DNA of 64,000 nucleotides from an uncultured Collinsella sp. (GCA_900762325.1 CAAFGG010000048.1:19528-83527); one strand, 5' to 3'. Positions 9,917-20,309 are shown, numbered from the stretch's first letter. The notes: generated by a model from the sequence alone, not told the origin. Numbers and translations are program-made.

Positions 9917-10813
9917 CTAGATGTGCTGACGAATCGCGTCGATATAGGCCCGACCGTAGCGCGTGAGCGTCGTGTTCTTGCGCGTGATGATGCCAATCTC
10001 CATGTACTCGTCCACGTCGAGCGGAATCGAGATAATGCCGGGGCCGTTGAGTTCGTGGCTGATCACGCCCGAGCATACCGTGTAGCCGTTGAGGCCCATG
10101 GCCAAATTGAACAACGTCGCACGGTCGCGCACGCGGATATTTTTGCGACGCTCGAACGTCGAGGTCAGCTCCTCGGAATAGTAAAACGAGTTGTAGCTGC
10201 CCTGCTCGTAGGACAGGAACGGGTAGCCTTCCAGATCCTCGAGCGTCACGCTGGAGCGGCCCGCCAGCGGATGGTCGGCGCAGACGAAGACATGCGGCGT
10301 GGCGCAAAAGAGCCCTTCGAACACGAGCTCGTTGGCGGCAAGCATGCGCTCGATGACCTCGCGATTGTGCTCCGACAGATACAGGATGCCGAGTTCGCTT
10401 TTCATATGCGCGACATCCTCGATAATTTCGTGGGTCTGCTCCTCGCGCAGGGTAAAGTCGTAGCGCGCGGCATCGAACTCGCGGATCACATCGACAAACG
10501 CATTAACGGCAAAGGAATAATGCTGGCAGCTCACACTAAAGTGCGGCACCTGCTCGGACGTGCCTTTGTACTTGCCCTCGAGCAGGTCGGCCTGGTCGAG
10601 CACCTGGCGCGCGTACCCCAAGAAGGTCTCGCCTTCCTCGGACACAATGACACCCTTGTTGGTGCGCTCAAAGATATGCACACCCATCTCGTTTTCGAGA
10701 TCGCGGATCGACGCGGTAATCGAAGGCTGCGACACAAAGAGCCGGCGCGAGGCCTCGGTGATGCTGCCGCATTCGGCAACCTTAACAACATATCTGAGCT
10801 GCTGGAGCTTCAT
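9917..10813 (-). CDS. LysR regulator, MtaR/MetR-like
   Basis: LysR HTH 'QQLRY..GSITEAS..LFVSQPS'; 'FSVSCQHYSFAVNAF' typical of the MtaR group. Confidence 0.85.
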   Translation of the reverse strand: MKLQQLRYVVKVAECGSITEASRRLFVSQPSITASIRDLENEMGVHIFERTNKGVIVSEEGETFLGYARQVLDQADLLEGKYKGTSEQVPHFSVSCQHYSFAVNAFVDVIREFDAARYDFTLREEQTHEIIEDVAHMKSELGILYLSEHNREVIERMLAANELVFEGLFCATPHVFVCADHPLAGRSSVTLEDLEGYPFLSYEQGSYNSFYYSEELTSTFERRKNIRVRDRATLFNLAMGLNGYTVCSGVISHELNGPGIISIPLDVDEYMEIGIITRKNTTLTRYGRAYIDAIRQHI

Positions 10814-10823
10814 AGCCTTCTCC

Positions 10824-11732
10824 CTAGACGTTCGTGACGCCAAAACCCGCCGTGTCCATTTGGCTCATAAACGACGGCATCTCCCCCGTCGCGGCGCAGG
10901 CGGCAATCTGATGCAGAGCCCCGGCAACCGCATCATCTGCCGCAGCGCCGATATGCCAGCGCGCGGCAGCCGTGACGGCCTCGTTGGCATTGGCGACTGC
11001 AACGGAATTGGGAACGGCATCGATCATGGGCAAATCGTTATCGGAATCGCCGAATACGGCCACCTCGTCGGGCGTCAGGCCCAAAGCGCGCGCCAGCTCC
11101 AGCGCAGCACAGCCCTTGTCCCAGCCGGTCGGAAGAACGTCGAACAGGCGCACGCGGTTGTTGGGAAACACGAGCGAGAGCTCCGGCACCTCGGCGGCAA
11201 CACGCTCGCGCAGCTCGGCGAGCTCCTCGCGCGAACGGGCACTCCAGATATTCGCCTTGTATACCGGGGCATCGTCAACGACAGGGCGACAGGGAGCCTC
11301 TTCGCCCTTGAGCCACGCGTTGCCGCCTGACTCCATGGCGTGACGCACACGCTCGGGATCGCTTGTCACGCAATAGGCGTCGTTGTCCCAAAAGTCATCA
11401 CCCAGACGGTAGACCTTCAAATAGGTATCGTCGGTCTCTTGCTCCAGGTAGTCGGCCAGGCGCATAAGGGCATCGTTATCAGTTGCGCGCGAGGCAACCG
11501 CCTCGCCATCGACAAACATCACCTGGCCGTTGCAAAACGCACCGGTCGAGAAGCACTCGGAGCGATTGCGGAACATCCAGCTCATCGCGGACGGCTGGCG
11601 ACCCGAAACCGGGCCAAAATGCAGGCCCGCCGCCTGCATGGCATGAATGCCCTCGATGGCGCAGTCGCTGGCGCCATCGTGTCCAGCAGGAATCAGCGTA
11701 TCGTCCATATCGGTCAGCACAAGTTTGATCAT
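10824..11732 (-). CDS. Cof-type HAD hydrolase
   Basis: LTDMDDTL, SGR, DKG, FGDSDNDLPM motifs. Confidence 0.9.
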   Translation of the reverse strand: MIKLVLTDMDDTLIPAGHDGASDCAIEGIHAMQAAGLHFGPVSGRQPSAMSWMFRNRSECFSTGAFCNGQVMFVDGEAVASRATDNDALMRLADYLEQETDDTYLKVYRLGDDFWDNDAYCVTSDPERVRHAMESGGNAWLKGEEAPCRPVVDDAPVYKANIWSARSREELAELRERVAAEVPELSLVFPNNRVRLFDVLPTGWDKGCAALELARALGLTPDEVAVFGDSDNDLPMIDAVPNSVAVANANEAVTAAARWHIGAAADDAVAGALHQIAACAATGEMPSFMSQMDTAGFGVTNV

Positions 11733-11772
11733 AAGGTCCCCTCGGTCATTCTTTATCCCGTCTATTGTAACG

Positions 11773-11874
11773 ACCTGCCAATAAGGGACAGGTTTATCTT
11801 GGCAGGTTTTATCTGGGAAAATGCAGCGCCCCTGTTGCCACCTGCCAAAATAAACCTGTCCCATATTGGCAGGT
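11773..11874. repeat. Inverted doublet of 35-bp REP-like unit (family C)
   Basis: acctgccaataagggacaggtttatcttggcaggt (11773-11807) and reverse copy at 11840-11874 with 2 mismatches. Confidence 0.85.
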
Positions 11875-11900
11875 GCGCTAGTATAGGGAACAACAGATTC

Positions 11901-11994
11901 GATGCGGGAGTGCCGGCGGTGCAAACCACAAGGCTGAGAGGGCATAGGGCCCAATCCTTTGAACCTGTCAGTTAATGCTGGCGTAGGGAGCATG
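11901..11994 (+). ncRNA. TPP riboswitch
   Basis: GGGAGTGC..GGCTGAGA..CCTTTGAACCTG..TAATGCTGGCGTAGGGAGC upstream of thiM. Confidence 0.95.
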
Positions 11995-12004
11995 CCGCCT
12001 TTAC

Positions 12005-12035
12005 AGGGGCGCTGTCTATGCACAGCGCCCCTTTT
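12005..12035 (+). terminator. Riboswitch expression-platform hairpin
   Basis: aggggcgctgt..acagcgcccct + tttt just upstream of the thiM RBS. Confidence 0.7.
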
Positions 12036-12057
12036 CTATGCCAAGGAGGCATGTGCA

Positions 12058-12897
12058 GTGATTGATTCGGAACAGCTTAAGCAACATATGGTCAAGGCCG
12101 TAGAGGAGATTCGAGCCACCAATCCGATGGCCGGCTCCATCACCAACACGGTGACGATCGACTTTGTCGCCAACGCGCAGCTCGCCGTGGGCGGTTCGGC
12201 CGCCATGGTCTATCTGCCCGACGAGGGCGAGGCGCTCGTTGCCGGCGGCGGCGCCATCTATCTCAACATGGGCACGCTCTTCCCCATCTACGAGCAGACG
12301 ATTCCCCGCGCGGCCAAGGCGGCACACGACGCCGGCAAGCCCTGGGTGCTCGATCCGGTGGGTCTGGGCATCGGTAGCCTGCGCACCCAGCTGGTAAACG
12401 AGCTCAAGCAGTACAAGCCCGCCATCGTACGCGGCAACGCCTCCGAGATCATCGCACTCTCCGGCCTGTGGGGTCTTGAGGGCGAGTCGGCCGATCTGAG
12501 CCGCGTACGTGGTGTCGATACCACCGACACGGTCGACGCCGCCCGCGATGCCGCCGTGGCGCTCGCTCGCTACACCGGCGGCGCCGTTGTGGTCTCGGGC
12601 GAAGTCGACCTGATTACCGACGGCACGACCGTGGCCAAATCCCACGGCGGCAGCCCGCTCATGTCCAAGATCACCGGCTGCGGTTGCTCGCAGGGCGGCG
12701 TGCTGGCCGTGTACGCCTGCGCTGCCGACCCGTTTACGGCAGCAGTCTGCGGCACCGCCGTCTACAACGTTGCCGGCACGCGTGCCGCCGCCGTCGCCGA
12801 TGCCCCGGCAAGCTTTAAGGTCGCCTTTATCGACGAGCTCTACCGCGCAACCGCCCAGGATATTGCCGACAACCGACTCGAGCTCGAGGAGGCATAA
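12058..12897 (+). CDS. thiM: Hydroxyethylthiazole kinase
   Basis: ITNTVT..FVANAQLA, WVLDPVG, RGNASEI, TGCGC; GTG after AAGGAGG. Confidence 0.92.
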   Translation: MIDSEQLKQHMVKAVEEIRATNPMAGSITNTVTIDFVANAQLAVGGSAAMVYLPDEGEALVAGGGAIYLNMGTLFPIYEQTIPRAAKAAHDAGKPWVLDPVGLGIGSLRTQLVNELKQYKPAIVRGNASEIIALSGLWGLEGESADLSRVRGVDTTDTVDAARDAAVALARYTGGAVVVSGEVDLITDGTTVAKSHGGSPLMSKITGCGCSQGGVLAVYACAADPFTAAVCGTAVYNVAGTRAAAVADAPASFKVAFIDELYRATAQDIADNRLELEEA

Positions 12898-12900
12898 GCC

Positions 12901-13242
12901 ATGTCCGAACCCGCAACCAATGCCGGCATGAACACGCTCGTCGCCGTGGCCATCGCCCCATGCGGCACCGGCGACGAGCTGTCCGCCGAGGTCGCCGAGG
13001 TCGTGCGCGTCATTCGCGAGAGCGGCCTTCCCAACCGCACCACCTCGATGTTCACCGAGATCGAGGGCGACTGGGACGAGGTCATGCAGGTCGTGCGCGA
13101 CGCGACCTTTGTGTTGGCGAGCAAGGGCATCCGCACCGAAGTCGTGCTCAAAGCCGATATTCGACCCGGATTTACCGACACCATGACCGGCAAACTCAAG
13201 CGCATGGAAGCACAGATCAAAAAGCAGGAGGAAGCACAATGA
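12901..13242 (+). CDS. Thiamine-binding protein (YkoF/MTH1187 family)
   Basis: 'ESGLP..TSMFTEIEGDWDEVM' signature; thi operon context. Confidence 0.85.
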   Translation: MSEPATNAGMNTLVAVAIAPCGTGDELSAEVAEVVRVIRESGLPNRTTSMFTEIEGDWDEVMQVVRDATFVLASKGIRTEVVLKADIRPGFTDTMTGKLKRMEAQIKKQEEAQ

Positions 13243-13934
13243 GCATCCGCGACAACCTTGATATCTCGGCCTATCTGGTACTCGGCCCCGAAAACACCCT
13301 CGGACGCCCCGTGGGCGATGTGGTGGCCCAGGCACTCGACGCCGGCTTTACCTGCATCCAGGTGCGCTCCAAGGTGGCAAGCGCCCGCGAGATCATTGCG
13401 CTGACCGACGACGCCGCGCAGGCAATCGCACAGGCCGGCAAGACCGGTCAGGTCGCCCTGTTAATCGATGACCGTCTGGACTGCGTGCTTGCCGCGCGCG
13501 AGCAGGGCATTGCCGTCGATGGCGTGCACGTAGGCCAGAGCGACATTCCCGTCGAGGTCTGCCGCAAGCTGCTGGGCCCCGATGCCATTGTGGGCCTTTC
13601 GGCCCGTTGCGAGGAGATGCTCGAGTACGTCAAGACCGCCGACATGAGCCTGGTCGACTACCTGGGCATCGGCCCGCTCCACGAGACCGAGACCAAGCGC
13701 GACTGCGGACGCGCGGCCGACGGCTCTATCATCACCAAGAGCTTTGAGGACCTTGCCGCACTCCACGCGGCAAGCCCCGTGCCCATCGTGGTGGGCGGCG
13801 GCGTTAAGACGGCCGACTTGCCGCAGCTTAAGGCCACCGGCGTCGACGGCTTCTTTGTGGTAAGCGCCGTCTGCAGCGCCGACGACCCCCATGCCGCAGC
13901 CAAGGAGCTTGTCGACACCTGGCAGCAGGCATAG
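13239..13934 (+). CDS. thiE: Thiamine-phosphate synthase
   Basis: IQVRSK, LIDDRLD, GVHVGQSD, GPLHETETK; overlaps upstream stop. Confidence 0.92.
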   Translation: MSIRDNLDISAYLVLGPENTLGRPVGDVVAQALDAGFTCIQVRSKVASAREIIALTDDAAQAIAQAGKTGQVALLIDDRLDCVLAAREQGIAVDGVHVGQSDIPVEVCRKLLGPDAIVGLSARCEEMLEYVKTADMSLVDYLGIGPLHETETKRDCGRAADGSIITKSFEDLAALHAASPVPIVVGGGVKTADLPQLKATGVDGFFVVSAVCSADDPHAAAKELVDTWQQA

Positions 13935-13978
13935 GCATAGGCCGAACAGCTGATTCGCAGCCTCATATCTTCAGCAAT

Positions 13979-14024
13979 GGAAAGCGCATCCCAGTTTGGG
14001 CCTCCATTCCGGGATGCGCTTTCC
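13979..14024. terminator. Hairpin terminator between thiE and patatin
   Basis: ggaaagcgcatccc..gggatgcgctttcc. Confidence 0.7.
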
Positions 14025-14035
14025 GTATGCGACCC

Positions 14036-14905
14036 TTACCCCGCCAGATACGCTTCCAACGCCGGCAAAGTCGCCTCTGCATCGTGGCGGCCGACCTGGT
14101 AGATGCGCTCGAGCTCATCCGGTTCGCGGCACAGCGACGGCACCTTCACCGATTCGCTCGGCCGCACCACAAAGATTTCGCCGGCAGCCTCTCGACGTGC
14201 CAGGTCATCGAGCGTGGCATTGTAGACCTCATGCCGATGCTCAAGCGCTGCAACAAACTCCGGATAGTGACGGAACACGCGCCGCAGCATGGGCATCACG
14301 CTGTTGGGCTGCTTCACAAAGCCCGCCGGCTGCGTGAGTACCACGATATTGCGGTCATACCCCTGCGCAAACAGCCATGCGCTGGGAATAGAATCAGCCA
14401 CGCCACCATCCAGATACTTATGCCCGTCAATAGCAACGGGACGCGTCGCCACAGGAATGGCAGACGACGCCCGGATCCACTCGATATCGCGCTCGTCGCC
14501 ATACGGTAGATCGTGGTAGACGGCCTTGCCCGTCTCGATATCGGTACACACGCACGTAAATCGCATGGGGCAGGCGCGATACGCCTCCAAGTCGATGGGA
14601 TCGCGCTCGATAGGCACCTCGTGATAGGCAAAATCGGCATTGAACATATCGCCGGTTCGCAGCCAGCTGGTCACGCTCGCATAGCGCTTGTCGGCGCAAT
14701 AAGCCTTGTTGTAACGAATGGCACGGCCGATCTGGCGCGATTTAAAGTTGTAGCCAAACGCCGCGCCCGCCGAGACACCCACCATATGGTCGCAGGTCAA
14801 ACCGCGCTCCATCCAAACGTCGAGCACGCCCGCCGTATACATACCGCGGTAGCCGCCTCCCTCGAGCGCAAGCCCCACCGTGCGCGTCGTATCCGGCTGT
14901 GCCAT
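14036..14905 (-). CDS. Patatin-like phospholipase
   Basis: LEGGGYRG, GVSAG, DGG motifs. Confidence 0.9.
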   Translation of the reverse strand: MAQPDTTRTVGLALEGGGYRGMYTAGVLDVWMERGLTCDHMVGVSAGAAFGYNFKSRQIGRAIRYNKAYCADKRYASVTSWLRTGDMFNADFAYHEVPIERDPIDLEAYRACPMRFTCVCTDIETGKAVYHDLPYGDERDIEWIRASSAIPVATRPVAIDGHKYLDGGVADSIPSAWLFAQGYDRNIVVLTQPAGFVKQPNSVMPMLRRVFRHYPEFVAALEHRHEVYNATLDDLARREAAGEIFVVRPSESVKVPSLCREPDELERIYQVGRHDAEATLPALEAYLAG

Positions 14906-15224
14906 GTGACCATCTCCGTTCCTGCGTTTTAAAACGGGACAAGTATACCCGTCAACATATATCGACTCAGTCGCATTTTTCATGCGCACCCAGGCGTTGC
15001 CGTTTGGCGAATAATAGCCGCCCACAGCATGTGCGCCCATATATAATTGTGCACTGTTGTCTATACTACTCAGCTGTTATCAACAGCGAACATTAGCCGG
15101 CAAAGTAACTCAACAACGCAGCAAGGCGGGGGCCTGGATACACGCAAGGCGCCGAGCAACGACGCGTGTACACTACGAGCTCGCCCGACGCCATCCGCCC
15201 CGACCTCAGAAAGCCGCTTACAAC

Positions 15225-17942
15225 ATGGACACCGCCAGCAATTACACCGAAACGCTCGAAAAGACCGTCCGTGACCTTCTCGAGCGTCAGGATGATCTGA
15301 TTAGGACGGCCTTTACCGACCAGCTCACCGGACTTGGCAACCGCGGCGGCTTTGCCCGTTCCCTAGAGGAAATCTGGGAGCAGGAACTGCCCGTGACCAT
15401 GGCGTTTATCGACATCGATAACCTTAAGCACTGCAACGACGTCTTTGGGCATGACGAGGGCAACCGCTATATCTTGCAGGTAAGTCTCTATCTCAAGCTG
15501 TATATGAAAGTGGACGAGGCGGCGTTTCGCATAGGCGGCGACGAGTTTGCCATCCTGTCTACGATTGCGACCGAGGACGACCTCGCCGAGCGCCTGGAAC
15601 ACTGCCGAACGGTCCTACTCAAAAACAACGATTCCGAGATGCCTCACTCGTTTAGCTACGGAGTGTCGCACGCCGACCCCGCCCTGGGTGAAGTCTCCAA
15701 TCGCATGACACTCGATGCCGACCATCGCATGTACGACTACAAGCTACGCCATGCCATGCATCTTGATCGACGCAATATCGCGCAAGTCCACACCGACGAC
15801 TTCGAAATAAGCGATCGCGTTTTTGACGCCTTTTCGATGCTCAACGAAGGCCGTTATTGCTTTATCGAGAACTTGGACAAACATCGCACCCTATGGTCAC
15901 AAGGCGCCCTGCGCGATCTCGGTCTTCCTTCTGAGCATGTAGACAACTGCCACGATTACTGGAAAACGCGCGTCCACCCCGATGACCTTGAGGCCTACAT
16001 CAACGACATCGACCAAATCTATAATGGCTCCAAACACCGCCGCGTCATGCAGTACCGCATGCGCAATGCCGCGGGCGACTACGTCCTCTGCCGCGCTCGC
16101 GGGTTTCGCATCGACGGCGACGGAAATACCCCCTCGCTCTATGTCGGCGAACTTGTTAACCACTCACTCGCCGAGACCGTCGACGCCGCCACGGGCCTCG
16201 GAACGCAGCGTATGCTGATCGACGCTATCGATGCCTGCCGTCGCGACCGTTGCGAGACGGGGCTTATAGCGGTCCGCATTTGTGGCACGGCAAAGTTCAA
16301 CGAGCTCTACGGGGCCGAGGCTGTCGACAACATGCTCGCCGAATACGCAGGCCGCATGCTATCGATCACCCGCGGCAGAAGTCGCGTCTTCCGCTCGCGA
16401 AACGCCCAGTTCGTCGTGCTCAGCAACGATCTGGACCACGAGGCATTCGAGCAACTGACCCATCATCTTAAAGAGGCCGTTTTCGCTCCTGTTCGAATCG
16501 CGAACGACACCATTACCCCCGTCTGTCTTGTCGTCCCGGCCTTTTACGAGCGCTTAATCAATCAAGCGACCGCTGTTTTAGGCGAACTCGACCGTCGTCT
16601 TCGCGCCGCCGGCGGGCTTGCACCCAACGACAGCCTCCCCATACCCGAGATTGAGCGTAAAAGCGCCGTCGCCGAACGCATCGATACGCTCACGGGCCTC
16701 TATCGACCCAGCGAGTTTATGCGGCGTGCCAACGCATTTCTTAAGACAAGGCGCGACGCCGCTTGGTGTATCGCCACCGTCGACATGGGTCATATGCGAC
16801 TGTTCAACGAATGGCACGGACAGGCCGAGGGCGACCGCGTGCTCGCCGATGTGGGCACGGTCCTCAAAGACATCGAGAATGCCGAGATGGGCGTCGCAGG
16901 ATACTGGGGCCAAGACGACTTTTGCATTCTCATCCCCTTTGAGCACAACACCGTCCATCAAATCTATAACCGCGTTCGTGCCGCCGTGGCCAAGCATGAT
17001 GACGGCGTGGGTTTCTGGCCGTCCATGGGCGTTTGCCCCATCGACCCCAACGAGGAAATCACCATCGACGCGCAGGCCAAGGCCATGTTTACCAATCGGC
17101 GCGCCAAAAACGATTTTAAGGATCGCATCGCCGTCTTTCGCCCCGAGGAATACAAGCGCGAGGTGGCGTTTCACCGCACCCTCACCGAGTTCCAGTATGC
17201 GCTCTCAAACGACCGCATCACCTACTACCTGCAGCCCCAGGTTGATATGGAAACCGGCGAGATCATTGGCGCCGAAGCACTCACCCGCTGGATTGACAAG
17301 GACGGCTCTCTCATTTCGCCCGCAACGTTTATCCCCGCACTCGAGGAAAGCGGCTTTGTGGTGACGCTCGACAAGTACATTTGGCAGGGTGTCGCCTCGT
17401 GGCTGCGCGGGCGCATCGATCGAGGACTTCGCGTGGTTCCGGTCTCGCTTAATGTGTCGCGCGTGGATATCCTTGCCTGCGACGTTGCCGAACATATGGG
17501 GGCGCTCGCCGCCCAATACAACCTACCGCCCGAGCTCATGCGTATCGAGATCACCGAGACGGCTTATACGGGGGAGTCCGAGGCCGTGGACAAACTGACA
17601 GCCGACCTGCACACCCGCGGCTTCTCGACCTATATGGACGATTTTGGCACCGGCCAGTCCACGCTCGCGATGCTCAAGAACGTCAACGTCGACGTCATCA
17701 AGCTCGACCGCACCTTTGTGCCCACCGACCGCGATCAAGGCCGCAGCGCGCAGATCGTGTCATCGATGCTCGAGATGGCGCAGTCGCTCCATCTGCCCGT
17801 CGTGGTCGAAGGCGTCGAGACAAATGAGCAGGCAAACATACTACGCCACATGGGCGCCCGCTACGCTCAGGGCTTCCTCTACTACCGCCCCATGCCGGCG
17901 AATGATTTTGAGGCATTGCTCGATGGTGGCAAAAACAACTGA
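15225..17942 (+). CDS. GGDEF-PAS-GGDEF(degenerate)-GGDEF(degenerate)-EAL c-di-GMP protein
   Basis: RIGGDEF; PAS 'VHPDD'; WGQDDF; EAL, EITET, DDFGTG, EGVET. Confidence 0.9.
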   Translation: MDTASNYTETLEKTVRDLLERQDDLIRTAFTDQLTGLGNRGGFARSLEEIWEQELPVTMAFIDIDNLKHCNDVFGHDEGNRYILQVSLYLKLYMKVDEAAFRIGGDEFAILSTIATEDDLAERLEHCRTVLLKNNDSEMPHSFSYGVSHADPALGEVSNRMTLDADHRMYDYKLRHAMHLDRRNIAQVHTDDFEISDRVFDAFSMLNEGRYCFIENLDKHRTLWSQGALRDLGLPSEHVDNCHDYWKTRVHPDDLEAYINDIDQIYNGSKHRRVMQYRMRNAAGDYVLCRARGFRIDGDGNTPSLYVGELVNHSLAETVDAATGLGTQRMLIDAIDACRRDRCETGLIAVRICGTAKFNELYGAEAVDNMLAEYAGRMLSITRGRSRVFRSRNAQFVVLSNDLDHEAFEQLTHHLKEAVFAPVRIANDTITPVCLVVPAFYERLINQATAVLGELDRRLRAAGGLAPNDSLPIPEIERKSAVAERIDTLTGLYRPSEFMRRANAFLKTRRDAAWCIATVDMGHMRLFNEWHGQAEGDRVLADVGTVLKDIENAEMGVAGYWGQDDFCILIPFEHNTVHQIYNRVRAAVAKHDDGVGFWPSMGVCPIDPNEEITIDAQAKAMFTNRRAKNDFKDRIAVFRPEEYKREVAFHRTLTEFQYALSNDRITYYLQPQVDMETGEIIGAEALTRWIDKDGSLISPATFIPALEESGFVVTLDKYIWQGVASWLRGRIDRGLRVVPVSLNVSRVDILACDVAEHMGALAAQYNLPPELMRIEITETAYTGESEAVDKLTADLHTRGFSTYMDDFGTGQSTLAMLKNVNVDVIKLDRTFVPTDRDQGRSAQIVSSMLEMAQSLHLPVVVEGVETNEQANILRHMGARYAQGFLYYRPMPANDFEALLDGGKNN

Positions 17943-18000
17943 TACGCTCGCGCGCAAAACACCACCGCCGAAGGGGACATTTGTCTCCATTAGCTAACTT

Positions 18001-18031
18001 ATATCCCCAATTCAAACCGAATTGGGGATAT
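18001..18031. other. Inverted repeat between the two GGDEF genes
   Basis: atatccccaattc-aaacc-gaattggggatat. Confidence 0.6.
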
Positions 18032-18069
18032 GATACAAACCGTTGTTCTGCCCAAGGAGGTTATTCATC

Positions 18070-19599
18070 ATGAACGAGTCATATCGCTTGGGCGAGCAAT
18101 CGATTATTGCCTATCTTCAGCGACTTGCGAATGGTGTCTCGACCGCCGAACTCGATGTTTCCGTGCTGCCTGCTGAGCTACGCGCCGTTGGTGAGCAACT
18201 GCAAAAGACGCATGCCATCCTGCAACAAGAGCGCCAGCTGCTTGAGTGCAACGCCTATATCGATCCGCTCACCAACTTGGACAACCGTGGCGGACTCGAC
18301 CGTCACGTCGAGCAGCTCTGGCGCAAAGGCGACCCCTTCACCTGCGCCTATATTGACATCGACCATCTCAAGCATTGCAATGATAGGTTTGGCCACGCCG
18401 AAGGCAATCGCTATATTCTGAGCATCTGTCGCACGCTCTCCGAAACCATGGAGCACGATGAGATGCTGTTCCGTATCGGTGGAGACGAGTTTGTGCTTAT
18501 CTCGCTCTCTGCAAACGAGACTGAACTCGAGCAGCGCTTGGAGCAGGTACGTGCCGGGCTGATCGAGGCGAGCTCAGGTGGCAAGGCGCCCATGATCGCT
18601 AGCTTTAGCTTTGGCTGCTCGCGCGTCAATCCACTTGCCGGCGACACGCGTCGCCAGATGACGATGGATGCCGATCGCAAGATGTATCGCTATAAGCTTA
18701 TGCATCGTGTGCAGCAACCGAAAGACAATGACGCGCCGCCACACCCAATTGCCGAGCAGCTTCCGTGCAACGACCGCGTATTCCAAGCAATCTCTATGAG
18801 CTCCGAGACGCGCTATCCGTTTATCCTCAATCTCGATACGGGCGAATCACAATGGTCGGTTAATGCCGTACGCGATTTTGACCTGCCCTCCCAGCATCCC
18901 TACAACTCACTCGACTTGTGGCTTGCCCGCGTTCACCCCGAGGACCGCGACAACGTACGCGCCGAGCTCGACATGGTGATAAACGGTACGTGGCACTTCC
19001 ACTACATGCAGTATCGCGTGATGGATGCCACCGAAGCATACGTGCTTTGCGACTGCACGGGCTACCGCTTGGACGGCACCGATACCGAGCCCAACATGTA
19101 CGTGGGCATGATTATCAACCGCAGCTTGGCAGATACGACCGATTCCGTGACCGGCCTGGGCGACATCCACGCCCTGGTCAACGCCATTGGCGAAATGCGT
19201 CGCGTCGCGCGCAAGGCGGGCTTGGTCGCCATTAAAATCGACGATATCGCTCAGGTCAATGCCCGCTTTGGCTTTGACGCAGGCGACCGCGTTTTGGCGG
19301 AGAGCGCCGCCTGCCTCATGGATTGTTCGCGCGGTAAGGGTCGTCTGTTCCGCTCGACCGGACCGATGTTCGTGGCGCTTTTCGACGAATTCGATCCCGA
19401 AGAGACCGACGCGATCGCAAAGGAAATCGAGCGGTTCCTGGGCTCTCCCGTGCTCTTTGGCTCGTTTGAATATCAGCCGCCCCTTCGCGTGGCCACGCTT
19501 CATCTGGATACCGTCGACCGACAGCCCGTTTCCATTTTGAACGAGCTCAAAGTGTTGCTCGGGAAAGCCGTGCAGGTGCCAGGTACCAAACTGGATTAG
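18070..19599 (+). CDS. Diguanylate cyclase, GGDEF-PAS-GGDEF(degenerate)
   Basis: DIDHLKHCNDRFGHAEGN, RIGGDEF, VHPEDR; AAGGAGG RBS. Confidence 0.9.
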   Translation: MNESYRLGEQSIIAYLQRLANGVSTAELDVSVLPAELRAVGEQLQKTHAILQQERQLLECNAYIDPLTNLDNRGGLDRHVEQLWRKGDPFTCAYIDIDHLKHCNDRFGHAEGNRYILSICRTLSETMEHDEMLFRIGGDEFVLISLSANETELEQRLEQVRAGLIEASSGGKAPMIASFSFGCSRVNPLAGDTRRQMTMDADRKMYRYKLMHRVQQPKDNDAPPHPIAEQLPCNDRVFQAISMSSETRYPFILNLDTGESQWSVNAVRDFDLPSQHPYNSLDLWLARVHPEDRDNVRAELDMVINGTWHFHYMQYRVMDATEAYVLCDCTGYRLDGTDTEPNMYVGMIINRSLADTTDSVTGLGDIHALVNAIGEMRRVARKAGLVAIKIDDIAQVNARFGFDAGDRVLAESAACLMDCSRGKGRLFRSTGPMFVALFDEFDPEETDAIAKEIERFLGSPVLFGSFEYQPPLRVATLHLDTVDRQPVSILNELKVLLGKAVQVPGTKLD

Positions 19600-19670
19600 C
19601 ACCACGCCCGCACCGCCTCCCCCATCGTGCGATAATCCTCTGCAGAAGTCACCAACAGCAGAGGGAGTTT

Positions 19671-20297
19671 GTGATGAAGGTTCTTTTGGTCAATGGCAGC
19701 CCCAAGGCAAACGGCAACACCGCTCGCGCGCTCGCCGAAGTCGCCGAGCAACTTAAAGCCGAGGGCATCGACAGCGAGGTATTCCAACTGGGCGCCAAGC
19801 CCATCCGCGACTGCATCGGCTGCGGTCAGTGCGGCAAGCTTGGCGGTCGCTGCACCTTTGACGACGACGTGGTGAACGAGCTCATCGCTGCCGCCGAGCA
19901 GGCAGATGGCTTTGTCTTTGGCTCCCCCGTCTACTATGCGCATCCCAGCGGACGCATCCTCTCGGCTCTCGACCGCGCATTCTATGCTGGCAGCAAGGCC
20001 TTTGTGCACAAGCCGGGTGCCGCGGTCGCCGTCGCCCGTCGCGGCGGCACCTCGACCACCTTCGATGTGCTCAACAAGTACTTCACCATTAAGCAAATGC
20101 CCGTGGTTGCTTCCACCTACTGGAACAACGTGTTTGGCCGTGTGCCCGGCGACGCCGATGGGGACGCCGAGGGCCTTGCCACCATGCGAAACATCGGCAA
20201 AAACATGGCCTGGCTCCTACGTTGCATCGAGGCCGGACAGGCCGCCGGCATCAACGCACCCGAGGCAGATCGCGCAACGACCAACTTCATTCGATAG
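19671..20297 (+). CDS. Flavodoxin family / iron-sulfur flavoprotein
   Basis: NGSP, CIGCGQC..C, GSPVYY, ARRGG. Confidence 0.9.
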   Translation: MMKVLLVNGSPKANGNTARALAEVAEQLKAEGIDSEVFQLGAKPIRDCIGCGQCGKLGGRCTFDDDVVNELIAAAEQADGFVFGSPVYYAHPSGRILSALDRAFYAGSKAFVHKPGAAVAVARRGGTSTTFDVLNKYFTIKQMPVVASTYWNNVFGRVPGDADGDAEGLATMRNIGKNMAWLLRCIEAGQAAGINAPEADRATTNFIR

Positions 20298-20309
20298 AGC
20301 GGCGGGAGC

